In this document: piece after piece, positions 24,524 to 38,800 of the stretch
Layout of the letters: each line of letters opens with the position of its first letter
How positions within the stretch are numbered: the first letter of the stretch is position 1
Origin: Botryllus schlosseri
Taxonomy: Eukaryota
Assembly: GCA_051294905.1 (NCBI GenBank)
Contig: CM119373.1
Location: 2,668,001 to 2,732,000, forward strand
Reading direction: 5' to 3'
DNA length: 64,000 bases
Translations under genes and position numbers: made by a program
Notes under the pieces: model-generated
The model's database searches: none
Seen by the model: the letters and a program-made list of their open reading frames with translations, nothing else
Told to the model about the DNA's origin: nothing

Positions 24524-25808
24524 CTACATGGCTCTCCATTGAGCATATAGTAGTTCTTTAGAGTCATATTCAGTCCCTAGAAACTAAATTATCACCGAAG
24601 TGCGGCCTGTTCTACAGCCTTGGGCGCTTCATGCCAGCATGGGTTCTTCTGATACTCTTTAAATCCTTAATCCAATCGAAGTTACATTATGGCATCCTCT
24701 GTTGGGGGGCTGCCAGTAAAACTGCACTCAAGCCACTGCAGAAACTACAGCATAAAGTACTCCGAATCATAGTTCTTTAGAACTACATGGCTCTCCATTG
24801 AGCATATAGTAGTTCTTTAGAGTCATATTCAGTCCCTAGAAACTAAATTATCACCGAAGTGCGGCCTGTCCTACAGCCTTGGGCGCTTCATGCCAGCATG
24901 GGTTCTTCTGATACTCTTTAAATCCTTAATCCAATCGAAGTTACATTATGGCATCCTCTGTTGGGGGGCTGCCAGTAAAACTGCACTCAAGCCACTGCAG
25001 AAACTACAGCGTAAAGTACTCCGAATCATAGTTCTTTAGAACTACATGGCTCTCCATTGAGCATATAGTAGTTCTTTAGAGTCATATTCAGTCCCTAGAA
25101 ACTAAATTATCACCGAAGTGCGGCCTGTCCTACAGCCTTGGGCGCTTCATGCCAGCATGGGTTCTTCTGATACTCTTTAAATCCTTAATCCAATCGAAGT
25201 TACATTATGGCATCCTCTGTTGGGGGGCTGCCAGTAAAACTGCACTCAAGCCACTGCAGAAACTACAGCATAAAGTACTCCGAATCATAGTTCTTTAGAA
25301 CTACATGGCTCTCCATTGAGCATATAGTAGTTCTTTAGAGTCATATTCAGTCCCTAGAAACTAAATTATCACCGAAGTGCGGCCTGTCCTACAGCCTTGG
25401 GCGCTTCATGCCAGCATGGGTTCTTCTGATACTCTTTAAATCCTTAATCCAATCGAAGTTACATTATGGCATCCTCTGTTGGGGGGCTGCCAGTAAAACT
25501 GCACTCAAGCCACTGCAGAAACTACAGCGTAAAGTACTCCGAATCATAGTTCTTTAGAACTACATGGCTCTCCATTGAGCATATAGTAGTTCTTTAGAGT
25601 CATATTCAGTCCCTAGAAACTAAATTATCACCGAAGTGCGGCCTGTCCTACAGCCTTGGGCGCTTCATGCCAGCATGGGTTCTTCTGATACTCTTTAAAT
25701 CCTTAATCCAATCGAAGTTACATTATGGCATCCTCTGTTGGGGGGCTGCCAGTAAAACTGCACTCAAGCCACTGCAGAAACTACAACATAAAGTACTCCG
25801 AATCATAG
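24524..25808 (+). repeat. Tandem array, 259-bp unit x5, made of flank plus the 5' end of a truncated LINE
   Basis: CTACATGGCTCTCC recurs at 24524, 24783, 25042, 25301 and 25560. The fifth unit runs on into the rest of the LINE. Confidence 0.97.
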
Positions 25809-26437
25809 CTAGGGCCCCAAAGGGGCATGGCTGCCCATCTAATAAGTCGCTGCTGAAGAGATTCGGCGTCCTAAACATAGAAGATATGCGGAAACTAGAA
25901 ATCGCCAAGTTTATGTATCAGTTTCACTGCGGTCGTTGCCCCAAATATTTCAATGACTCCTTTACCTCTGAATCAAAAGCGCACAAGTACAACACACGCG
26001 CGTCCACGTCGTCCAAATATCATATGATCGACCGAAAAGATCATCGCTCTATCAAATATGCCGGACCTGATGTGTGGAACAGTATCCCGCCGGCCATCCG
26101 ACAGTCGACGAGCATGTCCACATTCAAGTCGAAATACAAACAATTACTACTAAATAAATACAGTCCATCCTCAAGATTACCGGACCACGACTGACCTATC
26201 GATCTCGCTTCCCATGACATGCCGCCCTATTTGTTGTCGCTTTCTTTTTCTATACTATCTTCTTTACTTTCATTTAGTGTGCATGCCTCCTCTTTACATC
26301 GCCTAGGCCAATGTGGGTGTCAGATTCCATAGACTACTCCTTGTCGCTTCGACATCTTCCTGTCTTTTCATTGTATCGCATTTTTTGTGGTGTATTGAAC
26401 TGATAAAATTGCTAATAAACCAATGATGATGATGATT
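25598..26437 (+). mobile_element. 5'-truncated CR1/L2-clade LINE (C-terminus of ORF2, 3' UTR, (ATG)n tail)
   Basis: Frame open 25598-26194: SHIQSLETKLS...SLIQSKLHYGILCWG...LQKLQHKVLRII...FMY...HKYNTR...SIKYAGPDVWNSIP...FKSKYK, typical of the post-RT region of CR1/L2 ORF2. Ends AATAAACCAATGATGATGATGAT. Confidence 0.9.
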
Positions 26438-28036
26438 ATAAGTATCTTCTTTAATGCAACTACTTCACGATTGGGAAAATACAAACAAAAATACTCATAT
26501 TTTGGTACTGCATATCTATTTTATATGTGGCATGTTTTATTTTTTACCTATTTCTTCGGCGTATAAGATTCCCATATCGGTTTTGATAACTCAATCTTCG
26601 AGTGGCTTGTCAAACCTGTTAACTGACTGATCGCAAGTGGATATTCAAACAGTCTTTCATTTGGCTCGAAGAATTATCTGGGCTTTTTGAAGCTGCAGTA
26701 CAGCCCAGTCTTTAGAAAACCAAACGAGGTAAATTAATTACCAGGACGGAGGAATGGAAGGGATTGAGAATGAATAGCATGAGATAAATAGCTTTACGCC
26801 GTGGTAAAAGATATACAGAAATCCATTGAACACCTCCAATGCCGCTATTGTGTATCGGGCAACAATATTAGTAATATACCAGGGATATGCTGGGATTAAT
26901 TTTGGGTTAAATCCTCTCGAAAGTCGGTTATCAAACGTCTTATTGGTTCATCTGTTCACAACAGTAATTAGCGGTAACTGCGTATATATCAGATGAATAT
27001 ACTGGTACAATTGGTTTACGGTGATTAGGGTTGATTCATTTGGCAGAAATGAAAGAATCACGATCATTATTTGGACAGTTTCAGATTATTCGAACTAACC
27101 GATGCGGTTCATATTTGAATATTCGGCAACCAATTCATCCATTTCCCAAAGCCGTCAGCTAAAAGCGAGCAAGTCAGATTAACAGATTAACTTGTAGAGT
27201 TGTGATGTAGTTGAATATGTAGTTACTTTTGAGTTTTTCTTCCGCAAATATTCGTCGCCTCACCGAAAACAATGTATTTCCACAGCTCGATCCAGTAGCA
27301 TTCTTCGGTTACATTGATATGGCACGATTCTATATTTGAGAAAATAAATTACAAAACTAAACTAATATAATAGTATAAATTGCAAATGCACTTGCACGAA
27401 TCACAGTAGATTATGGAGCGGTGGTTCTTCACCAGCGTTAGATCGAATCCAGGGTTTTCATGAGTCACTTTCAATAGTTCGGTGAATTAGTTTTATACAG
27501 CATATATAATTTGTTCGCTACTCTCCGGCTTAGACATTATTATCTGCTGTAGATCACGCTCGATCGCATGGCCAAGATGCTGATACTTCTGGTAACTTGT
27601 TCCACTCATTTAGGCCAATTTCTATCTCTTGATGCAAAGCACGCGAGATAGAGATACACATGCCGTTTCGTTATATTATTTATTGCTTAGTAATTCTTAT
27701 GTATATCCCTTTACACACTATTATATCCGGGCTCAGGAACATTCTCCATCAATGGAGCCATGTGGGCCCTATATAATTCTTTATTGCACTTCCAGTGAGC
27801 CATTCAACAATGCCAATCAACTGTGACGTCAAAACCGAACATTACTGATGCCATCGTAGCACGATGTGCCGCTTACTTCATGTCTTAAAATAGGATGTGA
27901 TTTTTACAACCGCTCCCGCCTTCCCAATAATGCCACGTAGTTGGACCCTGTGGGTGGCGGTGCGATCAGAACAAGCCGTGACCTGACTATCACAAATAAA
28001 TTTTCAACTATGGGGAGAATACACATATAGAGTATC

Positions 28037-29322
28037 CAGAGGTGGTCAGTAACGAAGTACTTCTACTTTTTCGAAGTACTCAAGTAGTTTTCCTCTACTT
28101 CTGGTACTTACTCAAGTATATCTGAATTTCACTACTTCTATTTCTACTTCATAATATTTTGTGATCTACTTACTTACTTCTCGCTATTTTCAGTTTGTCA
28201 AGTAGAAGTAGTTTAATCCTCCAATCACCGAGATAGCCTGAGAAATTTCAGGGCTGTTTTCACATAGTATCGACATTTAATTTTCATAAAAGTTGAGTTA
28301 GGCCCAGAATTTTCGTCACCCTTCGCGCGCAGTGAATACGGATCAACCAGTATGATTTCACGAAAGTATCGGTGAATACAATTTAGGTAGCGGGTTGGCG
28401 TGGTTCCGTTCACACCGCATTGTCGCCCTTCGCCATATCAAGTATTTCATCACAGTATATATGGCTTATCATAACGTTTGAAACTGATGTTTCGCAATCT
28501 AGCATTTACTTATCATATTGTAATCAAGCTGTCCATGGCGTGTCCTGGAAAAGTGGACTCTGACTTTTTTTTAGTTTTAGAGCTGTTTTAGCATACCAAC
28601 CTTCGTAACTTTATGGACAAAAGATATTAAATAAATGTTCCGTTTTTAGATTTATATTTCACTTTCAATTCCCAGTACCATATATTTTGATTTCTAATTT
28701 AGGCCTGTATCAGTTCTTTCGTCTGGATAACGTACATGTTGAAGTATAAAAACAAGTGTAGTAATGTCTTCAATTTCCAGAAATAAAGCTACACAATATA
28801 GCTTACGGTCCACCATATTTTTAATAACGTTTACTAATCGCACAAAGCGTTTACACCGTATCCAACAGAACATCTCCGTATTGCTCTTCGACTAAACTAC
28901 AGGTCTTATAATATGGGGGAGCGCGCAGTACCATGATATTTTCTAAAACGTGCTGTTTGAGTAAACAGAGAATTAATATCGCATTTCCATATCAATGCTA
29001 TCATTTTCATCCCATGATGTGCACGGATGCTTACATACTATCGAAAATTGGAGACCTGCTGGTATGCATCAATATGAATCAAGCTAGGCACCTTTCGCAT
29101 AGCTCAATTTGCACCTTTTTACAATCCATATGAACGAATTAGGATAGTTTTCACAACTACTTACTTACTTGAGTACTTTTAAAGTCAGTCAATTCTACTT
29201 CTACTTCAAGTAGTTTTAGATTGCTCATGTAAGAAGTACTTCTACTCGTACTTGAGTAGATTTTTTCGTCTCTACTTCTACTTCTACTTGAGTAGCTTTC
29301 TTGACTACTTTGACCACCTCTG
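28037..29322. mobile_element. Full-length non-autonomous hAT-type element (CAGAGGTGGTCA TIR)
   Basis: CAGAGGTGGTCA...TGACCACCTCTG. Perfect TSD AGAGTATC at 28029-28036 and 29323-29330. Confidence 0.92.
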
Positions 29323-30007
29323 AGAGTATCACGAAGCCATAAACAATATACCGATTCAAATTTTTAGTTTTGTGTTTTCGCAGCGGTGATCTCGTGATTT
29401 GACCTATTAGTTAAATCGAAATATCGAAGTTACTGATTAACACTATTTAAACTCGGAATATGTCATTCTGAAAAGTCAGTGTTGACTCATTCCTATACAA
29501 ATCGTGTCAGCAATATGCGAATTGCAAAACCTAAATCACTACATTCTCTGTCAGCTAGACCCCAGAGCCAGTTTGTGCGACAGCAGACAGATCTGTGTTC
29601 TAATGAAATAATAAATATATTTCATTTCATAAAATCGCCCGATAATTGAATCCCAGAGGAAACTTCCTCAATTTGCAGACTTATATCAGGAGATAGGTTT
29701 CAGAAAACCCATTTTTCATGACGAAGTGGGCACTTTCTGATCAACTCTTATGAACTGTTGAAAGGCATAAACAGTCGAATAATGCGGTCTTGAATTAATA
29801 AATTTATTTTTTGAAAAATTCTGCGGAAGTTCACAATGGAATTATATTCGTGATAATCGTGCTACTTGAGAATTACTAACTTGTATTTGCCGGACATGGA
29901 GTCATATGCCACCGTCACAGCAGCCTTATGTGACTCACGAGCCATAGGTCACCGAACCCTACAAGATATAGACACGTAGATAGGGGCGAAACTATCAGGC
30001 ACTATAT

Positions 30008-32002
30008 TAGGTTTACCATATTTTCACGGCCGGAAATCCAGGCTTTAACGTCCACTACCGGGTTTTAAAATGCTGCGAACAAATTGTATGTCATTATGAC
30101 ATCACACTTGCAATGGTGTGTCTGCCGATTGTATGCTGGAGTGGATTTTTGGAGATAGTGTCGGGAATTAAGTAGGGTATTAGGCCATCTTTGATTTTAG
30201 CTCTACATGGTGATTGATAGAGATGGTATTCGTTTGTCGCCTCACTACATTCTATTCATAACATCGACAAAAATAAGGGATTTTTTCCGTAACGAAACAA
30301 ATCCAGTATTTCAAAAACACGCCAGAGAAAGAGCATATATTTATTTTATTCGCGTAGTAGGCATCTGGTTTGTAGTCGCCCCTAGCGTGACTGTTAAAGT
30401 GTATGATTGAATTCTGTCCATAATATTGCTTCTTCCTTATATAAATATTGACTATTCATCCTCCCTCCTCCTATGTGATCACATATAATGGTATATTGGT
30501 GAAGGTGATGACTTCGAAAATACAGGACATGTAATGGTCAGTGTTGGGATAAAGTCACTACCTTCGAGTCACGAGTCATTTCGAGTTATTGTACATGTTG
30601 ACTCCAGTCAAGTCAAGTTACACGATTTTTGGAGGTGACGCGAGTCAAGTCGAGTCAAGTCAAGTCAAGTCACGAGTCAAGTCAAAATTCAAGTCAAGTT
30701 GCCATTTCGAAGTATGAGACATGATTACGTCATTGCATTTTGCTAGCTGTCTGGAACGATTGGTCATTGATTCTGAACCGATGAACGAATATAGAGGTAA
30801 ATATACACGCAAGTAGGCGCTGTATCGCTCACATATACGTAGAACTGTTAAACTACGTAAGTAATTGCATAGCCTCAGTTTATAGTTACCAGCCAAAATG
30901 GCAAAGGGATTGATAAGATGCAATACACTATCCATTTACCTGTTGATATGATACAATTCCAATGTTTGAGGAGTATATAAACTATATAGGAATTCAATTT
31001 CAATAAAACAAGATGTTTGGCTCAGGTAAGAACAGAGAACGGAAATGGATATTTTTCTATTAAATTACTTTACTATTAGTTTACGACAACGTAAGCTGTG
31101 AGCTTCGATCTCTGCGTTTGTGGTCAATTTATTAGTGTGAAAACAATGGCTGCTAGGTAAAACACACGATCATTCAAGGATTGTTCGCTCTCACGGGTTA
31201 CAACAGCGTTCCACGAACAATCCCAACATATGGAAGATATAGTGATTTTTATTGCCACCGATTACTTGATGATTTGAAATAGACTCGTGTATTTTGCTCC
31301 GAGTCACGAGTCAATCTACATTTCTGAAACGCCGAGTCAAGTCATACGAAAAAGATGACTTGAGTCAAGTCATGACTCCAGTCATCCCAACAGTGGTAAT
31401 AATGCATTATTAAGCCATGTTCAGGTCACACGGATAAGTCTATGTAATAGCCTAAATGACGGTCCGTACCAGCAGGTTTCACATCGGGTGGTTCCCAACC
31501 TTTTATGGTCACGACTCCATTTCCAATTTTGAAGTCAGTACCCTGGCCAAGACTTACGCAGAGCCTATTTTGGATACTTATTACGTTCTATATATTGGCG
31601 AACTCAGAAAAAAGGGCAATAAACGAACCCAAGATATAGGACCACCGTCTTTGACTAAAGCATTCAACCGGCCTTTACCGTTCTCTTATAATGGCAATTA
31701 CAATTTAATTGAATTCAAATTACATTTAAAATTTGATATCAGTACATTATGGGCATTTTTATTATTTCTTTTATTGTATTTTTTAGAGGGAGCTTTACCA
31801 TAAGAAACTAAATGGATGTGACAATAGTAGCGTAAATTTGTGCAAAAATATGTTATTCTTTATTTTCACTCACGCAATAATTTTGGGTCCCAAGCTGTCA
31901 AAATCCCGGATATTGAGGTATATCTAGAATTTCCCCCCGAACACAGTTTGAACTCTGAAATTCCATACATGTCTGGAAAAATCCGGACGTATGACAAGCC
32001 TG
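30008..32002. mobile_element. Diverged relative of the 17941-19081 element, with nested 30539-31395 insertion
   Basis: TAGGTTTACCATA...TATGACAAGCCTG. Internal similarity to 17941-19081. Nested CAGTGTTGGGAT...ATCCCAACAGTG element with GAGTCAAGTC repeats. Confidence 0.7.
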
Positions 32003-34501
32003 CCAGACATGGCGTGATCACTTCATGAATGTGATCGATCGCGATTACGATGACTTCTTAATGACGCGATTATGATTACAGCAAAATCTCGAAGTAGTCG
32101 ATTACGATCACGATTACAATGAAAAGGTAATCATGATTACTCACGAATATATTCATTTTGCTCCTTAGAACTTAAGCCTTCAACGCATATTGGAAGACAA
32201 TATAACGATTGCGCTGAAATAGCCTCCATAGATAATTTCCATTTTAAGGGGACGACATTGGATTGTTACGTCACAATACATCAGTTATCCAACTTGATCG
32301 TGGACGATTTCTTGCCCCAACGATTTACATTATAGGTGCAACCCACGCTAACAAGATATACAAGCTGATGGCTGATGCGGCAATTGCGAAATAACGATTG
32401 GTGCCTGTTTCAAGTATGGCAATATGAGAAAAAGTGAACATAACATACTGCCATAATAAATCATGTTCGTCGTAGCTGAACAACATACGTATGCCTATTG
32501 CCGATAATCTACTTAATACAGTTATTGCGAGTTGCCCAAGCGAGTGACGTCAACGAACACCTCGGTTATGATTTATATCAGAAGTAGATGATTTTATCGC
32601 TTAGATGTGGAGACGTCATATTTCATTTGACGAGTACAAAATAGCAAATCTTTACGCGGTGTTGATACTCCTCTCCAAGCAGAAACGTCCACACTGCGCT
32701 TAACTAAGAATTATGGTACCAAATATCAAGAACTCCGTTACCATTTGAAGCTAGGCAGAGTGTTGGTGACCACAATCCTCCTGCGAGGTAGTGGTGTCTG
32801 GTATAACCTGAATAGCGGCATGGCAGTGCACGGTTCTTTAAATCAGTGGTTCTTAATCTCTTTGACCTCGCGGACTCGTGACTCGTAAAAAAATTCCCCG
32901 TTAATTAAATTACGAGAAATTCATGCAAATTATATGCAATATTGAAAATTACATTTGATTAATATTTAAACCAAATATTTATACGTGTTTTTTTTTGAAG
33001 TCTCTGCTAAGCGAAACTCGCGAAATCCTGTTACCGACCACTAACCAGATTTTCATTGTTCGGTATTATGCGACTTGGATTTTAATATCGGCTTTATTAT
33101 ACTGACAACAATCGCTAGATTGCAATGTCGTAATTCATCGAAGCTTGTTTAAGAGTATGCGTAGTTTTCATATATAACTTGTCCGAAACGAGTTTCAGGT
33201 TACTTTTAAAACATTTCTTATAGCACTTGCATCATTGCGACGAGCGTTCTATAAGTAGCCTACACCATGAACTCTCTGATTCGATACAGTACAAAACTAT
33301 GTTTCTCATTTCTACTAATATGTTTTATTTATCTTATTCAGTGCTCTTCAACCTGTATGAAAGTTCGCACTTGTGCGAATGAGAAAAATCGCAGTGCGAA
33401 TGGTGCGAATGAAAAAATCGGATGAGTGCGAATGAAAATCGTGAATAATAATTGTTAATTTTTCTGACGCGAAATAATTCAAATAAACTTAACTGGAAAT
33501 TCAAAGGCAGTGTAACTTTTGTAGTTGAGAGGCAATTGTAAAAACTTGTTTAACTTACGACGCATCACCAATTCACAAGCCGTAGTGAATAATTATTTTT
33601 GCACTATAATTATTACCAAAGGCCTAGTTTGGAAGCTGGTGTAGTAGCAGACATACAGTATATCAGTCTGTCTGAGCCTACGACTGGCTCGAATAATGAC
33701 GGCAAATTGACTTTCAGCTTTCTTTCGCTGAGCAATCATCATATTTTGTAATAACGGATCGATTAGCGCGAGGCATGAGGATAGCAGAAAATACCATGGT
33801 TACAGACTCACATTTGAAAGTTACTGTAACGCAAATTTTTGCCACTTCGAGATTTAGTAAAGTATGACCGGCAAAGGGTATAATTTTGGGTCGACACGGT
33901 GCCAGAGCTACCTGTTAATATGTATGTAATATTTGTTGCATTTTTTCTGCGATTGGTTTTTCATATCCAAGGTAAGACCACGATTTGGGTCATTACAGCC
34001 CTGCTAAAGTGATCGATTCAAATTTAAAAGTAAAACCAATATGGCACAGTATGACGTAGCTTTTGAATCTGTTTGAATCCTGTTAGTGCAGGGGTTCCCA
34101 ACCTGGGGTCCATCGACCCCCTGGTGGTCCGCGAGAATGCATTTGAGGGTCTGTGATTACCTTGCTTAATTTTCAGAAGAACAAAAAGCGATAGCGAACT
34201 TTTTACATTCATTTCACTCTTTAAATGCACATGTGCCAAGCTCAAGCACGGTACAATAAACTATACCGGTATGCATTAGGATAAATTGATGCTGCTTACT
34301 ACCAGAGGTGGTCAAAGTAGTCAAGAAAGCTACTCAAGTAGAAGTAGAAGTAGCGACGAAAAAATCTACTCAAGTACGACTAGAAGTACTTCATCCATAA
34401 GCCACCTAAAACTACTTGAAGTAGAAGTAGAGTTGACTGACTTTAAATCTACTCAAGTAAGTAAGTAGTTTTGAAAACAGTCTTAATTCGTTCGCACGGA
34501 C

Positions 34502-35833
34502 GATATGTTCGATAGAAGCGTCGTGCAACGAGATGCCAATACACATAAGACACCAGTTTCTTTGTTTGAAATACCGATATGAAACTTTAACTAAGTCGAA
34601 CCACCCAAACTCTGAATTACTCCAGACAACGTGGGAAGACACATACTGCCTATTGAGAAACAGATATTGTACGTTCAACTTCTTAACAAGATCGAACCCA
34701 CTCGACGACCAGTGCATTCGCGGCAAGGAACTCGTTCGAGCAGCGCCTTGGACAATCGGTGATTTACAGGTTGATTTGTCATTATCACGAATTATCAATC
34801 GTCACTCATTTCGATACATTGTGAACGTAGCCTATACTGAACTAATGGGCGCATACCCAATCCATTTACATGTTTTCACAGACGGATCGAAGACCACGGA
34901 TGCCACAGGTTATGCGATATTCGTTAAAGATCGGAATATAACAATATCCCACAAATGCCAAGGAGCTCTGTCGTCATTCACAGTAGAATCATATGCCATA
35001 TTAGCCGCTCTTCATTGGATCGAAACGAATAACGTTAGCCAAGCTGCTGTTCTCAGCGATTGCCTTAGTGCACTGGACTGTATAGCTAATTATCGAACAG
35101 ATGGGCCTTTTATCGTTAATCAAATCGTTAATGTTCTCAACAGGTTGATGAGTGAAGGAAAATTAATCACGCTCATATGGATTCCGGGCCACGCAGTAAT
35201 TCCCGGAAATGAAGTAGCCGATCGTCTGGCCAAGGAGGCGACATCATCACACCGTGCCACCACAATTCATGACATCCCTATAGACGATGCAAAGAAAATC
35301 GTTTTACATAAATGCAAAGCTATTTGGAACCAGGAATATCTCGATTCAGAAACAGGAAGCCATTACAAAATCTTCCGACCAAATCTGGAGGTGAAATTAC
35401 CATCAGTCCCACCAAGACACAGCGAAGCTACGTTGTTTCGACTACGCACCGGTCACTGCGGACTCAATGCACATCTCCACCACATTGGTTGCTCGGAATC
35501 CCCATTGTGCGAGCATTGCGGCGAATTAGAAACGGTCGAACACTTTATTATGACCTGCTCACATCTGACTGAGATAAGAAGAAAGCTACAACGTATCGCG
35601 CAGACAAAAAACGTACCGTTCCAGCTATATAACCTTTTAACGGACAGCAACATTATCGCCGATATACTCATGGACTTCATACGAGAGTCAAAGCGTCGCA
35701 TTTAGCCACGTACTCATTTTGTATTTTCATGACATTTCTTGCTATTCATTTTGATCAAAATGTCTAAATCGCCGTGGTGCAAAAAGCCTTCGATGCGAAA
35801 AGCACCACTAAATGTTTTTATACATAATAAAAA
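34502..35833 (+). mobile_element. 5'-truncated RNase H-containing non-LTR retrotransposon (I-group LINE)
   Basis: 12-bp TSD GTTCGCACGGAC at 34490-34501 and 35834-35845. Ends in AATAAAAA. Confidence 0.9.
34533..35705 (+). CDS. LINE ORF2 C-terminal fragment: RNase HI domain plus CCHC zinc knuckle
   Basis: RNase H motifs FTDGSK, VESYAI, LSDCLSAL, WIPGH and GNEVADRLAK, then RLRTGH and CEHCGELETVEHFIMTC. No RT domain (5' truncation). Probably not independently expressed. Confidence 0.88.
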   Translation: MPIHIRHQFLCLKYRYETLTKSNHPNSELLQTTWEDTYCLLRNRYCTFNFLTRSNPLDDQCIRGKELVRAAPWTIGDLQVDLSLSRIINRHSFRYIVNVAYTELMGAYPIHLHVFTDGSKTTDATGYAIFVKDRNITISHKCQGALSSFTVESYAILAALHWIETNNVSQAAVLSDCLSALDCIANYRTDGPFIVNQIVNVLNRLMSEGKLITLIWIPGHAVIPGNEVADRLAKEATSSHRATTIHDIPIDDAKKIVLHKCKAIWNQEYLDSETGSHYKIFRPNLEVKLPSVPPRHSEATLFRLRTGHCGLNAHLHHIGCSESPLCEHCGELETVEHFIMTCSHLTEIRRKLQRIAQTKNVPFQLYNLLTDSNIIADILMDFIRESKRRI

Positions 35834-38800
35834 GTTCGCACGGACTGTCTAAAGCTGCAAATCGAGCTATGCGGAAGACGCAGAGAGCTTGATTCGTATT
35901 GATGCTTCCCAGGAGGTATCAATTTTCGACAGAATAAGCATTCTTTCGCATCATGGGATGCAAATTATAGTATTGATATGAAAATGCGATACTAAGCCTT
36001 TGTTTACTAGAAGACCACGGCCCGTTTTCGAGAATATCATGGCATTTGGCATGGCGCCCTATCCCATATTATAAGGCCTCAAGTTTAGGCGAAGAGTAAT
36101 ACGAAGAAGTTGTGTCGGATACGGTTTCAGCACTTTGCGCGATTAGTATACGCTAGTAACAAATATTGTGGATCGAAAAAGTTATATTTAGTGTAGCTTT
36201 TTTTTTCGGAAAATAGAGGCATTACTACGCTTGTTTTTATGCTTCCACATGTATGTTCTGCAGACTAAAGAACTGAAATTAATTAGAACTCAAGGTATGA
36301 TTCTCGGAATTGAAAGTGAAATACAATAGGCTACCACTTCTAATAAGCGAAAATACATATCATGTCTTTTGTCCATAAAGCTTCAAAGGTGATCTGCTAA
36401 AACCGGTGTATCTTTCGAAAAGGCTGGATTTTCCAGATTAGCACGACAAGTAATGGGCGGCTAGATTACGAAATTATAGGTAATCGCTAGATTGCGAAAC
36501 GGTAGTTCCAAACGTTATGGTGGGCCATATTTACTGCGATGAAATATTTGATATGGGCGACAATGCGGTGTGAGCGGAACCAAGCAATCCTGTATACCTA
36601 TATTATATTCACTGATACTTCCGTGAAAACATGTTTGTCAATCCATAACTACAGTGCGCGAAGCGCAACAAAATTTCTGGGCTTTATTGACTTTTATGAA
36701 TATTAAATGTTGGTGAAAACAGCCCCGAAATTCCTCAGGCTATCTTTCATATTGGGGGATTAAACTACTTCTACTTGACAAACTGAAAATGGCGAAAATT
36801 AAGTAAGTAGATCACAAAATATTACGAAGTAGAAGTGGAGAAAATCAGATCTACTTGAGTAAGTACCAGAAGTAGAGGAAAATTACTTGAGTACTTCAAA
36901 AAAGTAGAAGTACTTCGTTACTGACCACCTCTGCTTACTACAGTATGTGTACAAGTACATTGACCTTAAACTACAATGCTACAGCTACCAAAACATTGAA
37001 TACAGTTATATCAGGTTTGCGTCCTCCATTACGTGATAGAAAGCATGCGGTTTAGTTTAGGTAAGGCAGCAGCCCGTGATTTCAATTTGCTTCCGTTGAA
37101 AAAGTTTATAGGAAGTGCACTCTGGGTGACCTATTTTAAAATTTATATCTCTAAGGTAAACTGCTTGGAGGAGCGCGACTACTTTAATTAGGTTTCTGGC
37201 TAAATTTGGAACGGGATCCGCAAAATTATTAATTTGTATAAAGGGGTCTGTGACAACAAAAAGATTGGGAATCACTGCTTTAGTGCGTCGATAACTCTAA
37301 AAAGAGACACCCGAAAAGTCTTCCAGATATATGTCGGTGATGTCGCAATGAAAGTAATCTTCAAGTTTTGTACCACGGACCAGCTCTTCAAATCAATCCA
37401 TCTCTGCATATTTGAGTTCATGCCGATACCGCAGTGTCGGTGTACCATAATTTGGTGAAGCACAGATGGCATAGTGCAACTGCTTTGCGGGATTTGAATC
37501 CTTCTAGCGAATGTCGAACATACACGATATATATACGGAGTCAATGCATAAGGTGTAGGCAGAAGTACGAAGCCGATTTACCTGAAAGATTTCCACACTA
37601 TGAGTTGACTTCGCATGATACCATTTGCCCTACGTCAAGGCTGAAGGATGTCATTGTCATTAGTTTTTAAGCTAAACTCACCAGGCAGCTGATGATACTG
37701 TAACAGCTGCTATTGCAATCTTCGTTAATGCGCCAGCACAATTAAACGACATCTCTACTGTGGCATAATCGACAAGAATCCAACTGAGGGAACTTATGAA
37801 GGTAACACTAACCGGCCAGCTTTGTAAGCGCAATTTAGTCAGCATCGATTCTTAGCATTACATTAATGCGATCTCGTGCAATAATGCTCATTGCCACTTA
37901 TACCCATGCTTAGAGTCACGAGCCACATAATGTGTCTCCCCTTATTAAAGTACTCTTAGATATGTGGAAAGAAATGTGTTTGTGACGTCAGGTGGACAAG
38001 TTAAAATACTTGCAAGTGATATACGTAAATGTTCATGCAAATATTAAATCACTTCCATGGTTGGTTTCCGATTAAATTTTGGGTTTGTTATCGTTGCACC
38101 TTAGTTTTGAATCCAAATGTGGTCAAACGTCAAAGTAGTCAAGAAGACAACTCAGGCAGCCGAAAGCTACTTCAAGTAGAAGTAGAATTTGTTGTCTTTG
38201 AAAACTGGTCAAAAACCAAGTAGTTTGTACAAGCAGCCATAAATACCCTGTCATGAACCGTCACAACCGGGAAATAGACATACGCGGACAATGCAGAAAG
38301 CTGTGATTGCGTTGTTATACTTCCCATGCAGGATATACATATTTTCAACAGCATACGGGTTCGTCCGTAATATGTGACACAAATAATACTTTCGCTATAG
38401 AACAATAGCTCTATACCTTTGTTTCACTCTAGTGACCCTTTTGGAAAATGCCACGGTATTATGACCTCCGTCGTATTACAAGGTCCGTAGTTAATAAGAC
38501 GATGAGCGTTACGGAGAAGTGGTATATCGGATACTAAGAATTAGGAAGTCACTTGAAAATGCATGGTAGAAACGTATAATTCCAAACGTTTACTGAGCTT
38601 TTTGTACTGTGATGAAACTTTCATATGGACCTAGCATAGTACCCATGAACCACACAACCGCTGGATTGGGGGTTCTCGAACTATTTTAAATTTCGCACCC
38701 TTTAAATTCACATGCATGAATAGCGTACCCTCTCAAGAGAATATGTACGGCTCGCTGCAAAGTATAATTTTATGGTTGAAGCCATACAGAGGCCTAACCA

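Larger units (their letters stand above)
34303..36933. mobile_element. CAGAGGTGGTCA-TIR hAT-type element carrying a LINE insertion
   Basis: Perfect TSD CTTACTAC at 34295-34302 and 36934-36941. Inverted relative to 28037-29322. Confidence 0.92.
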
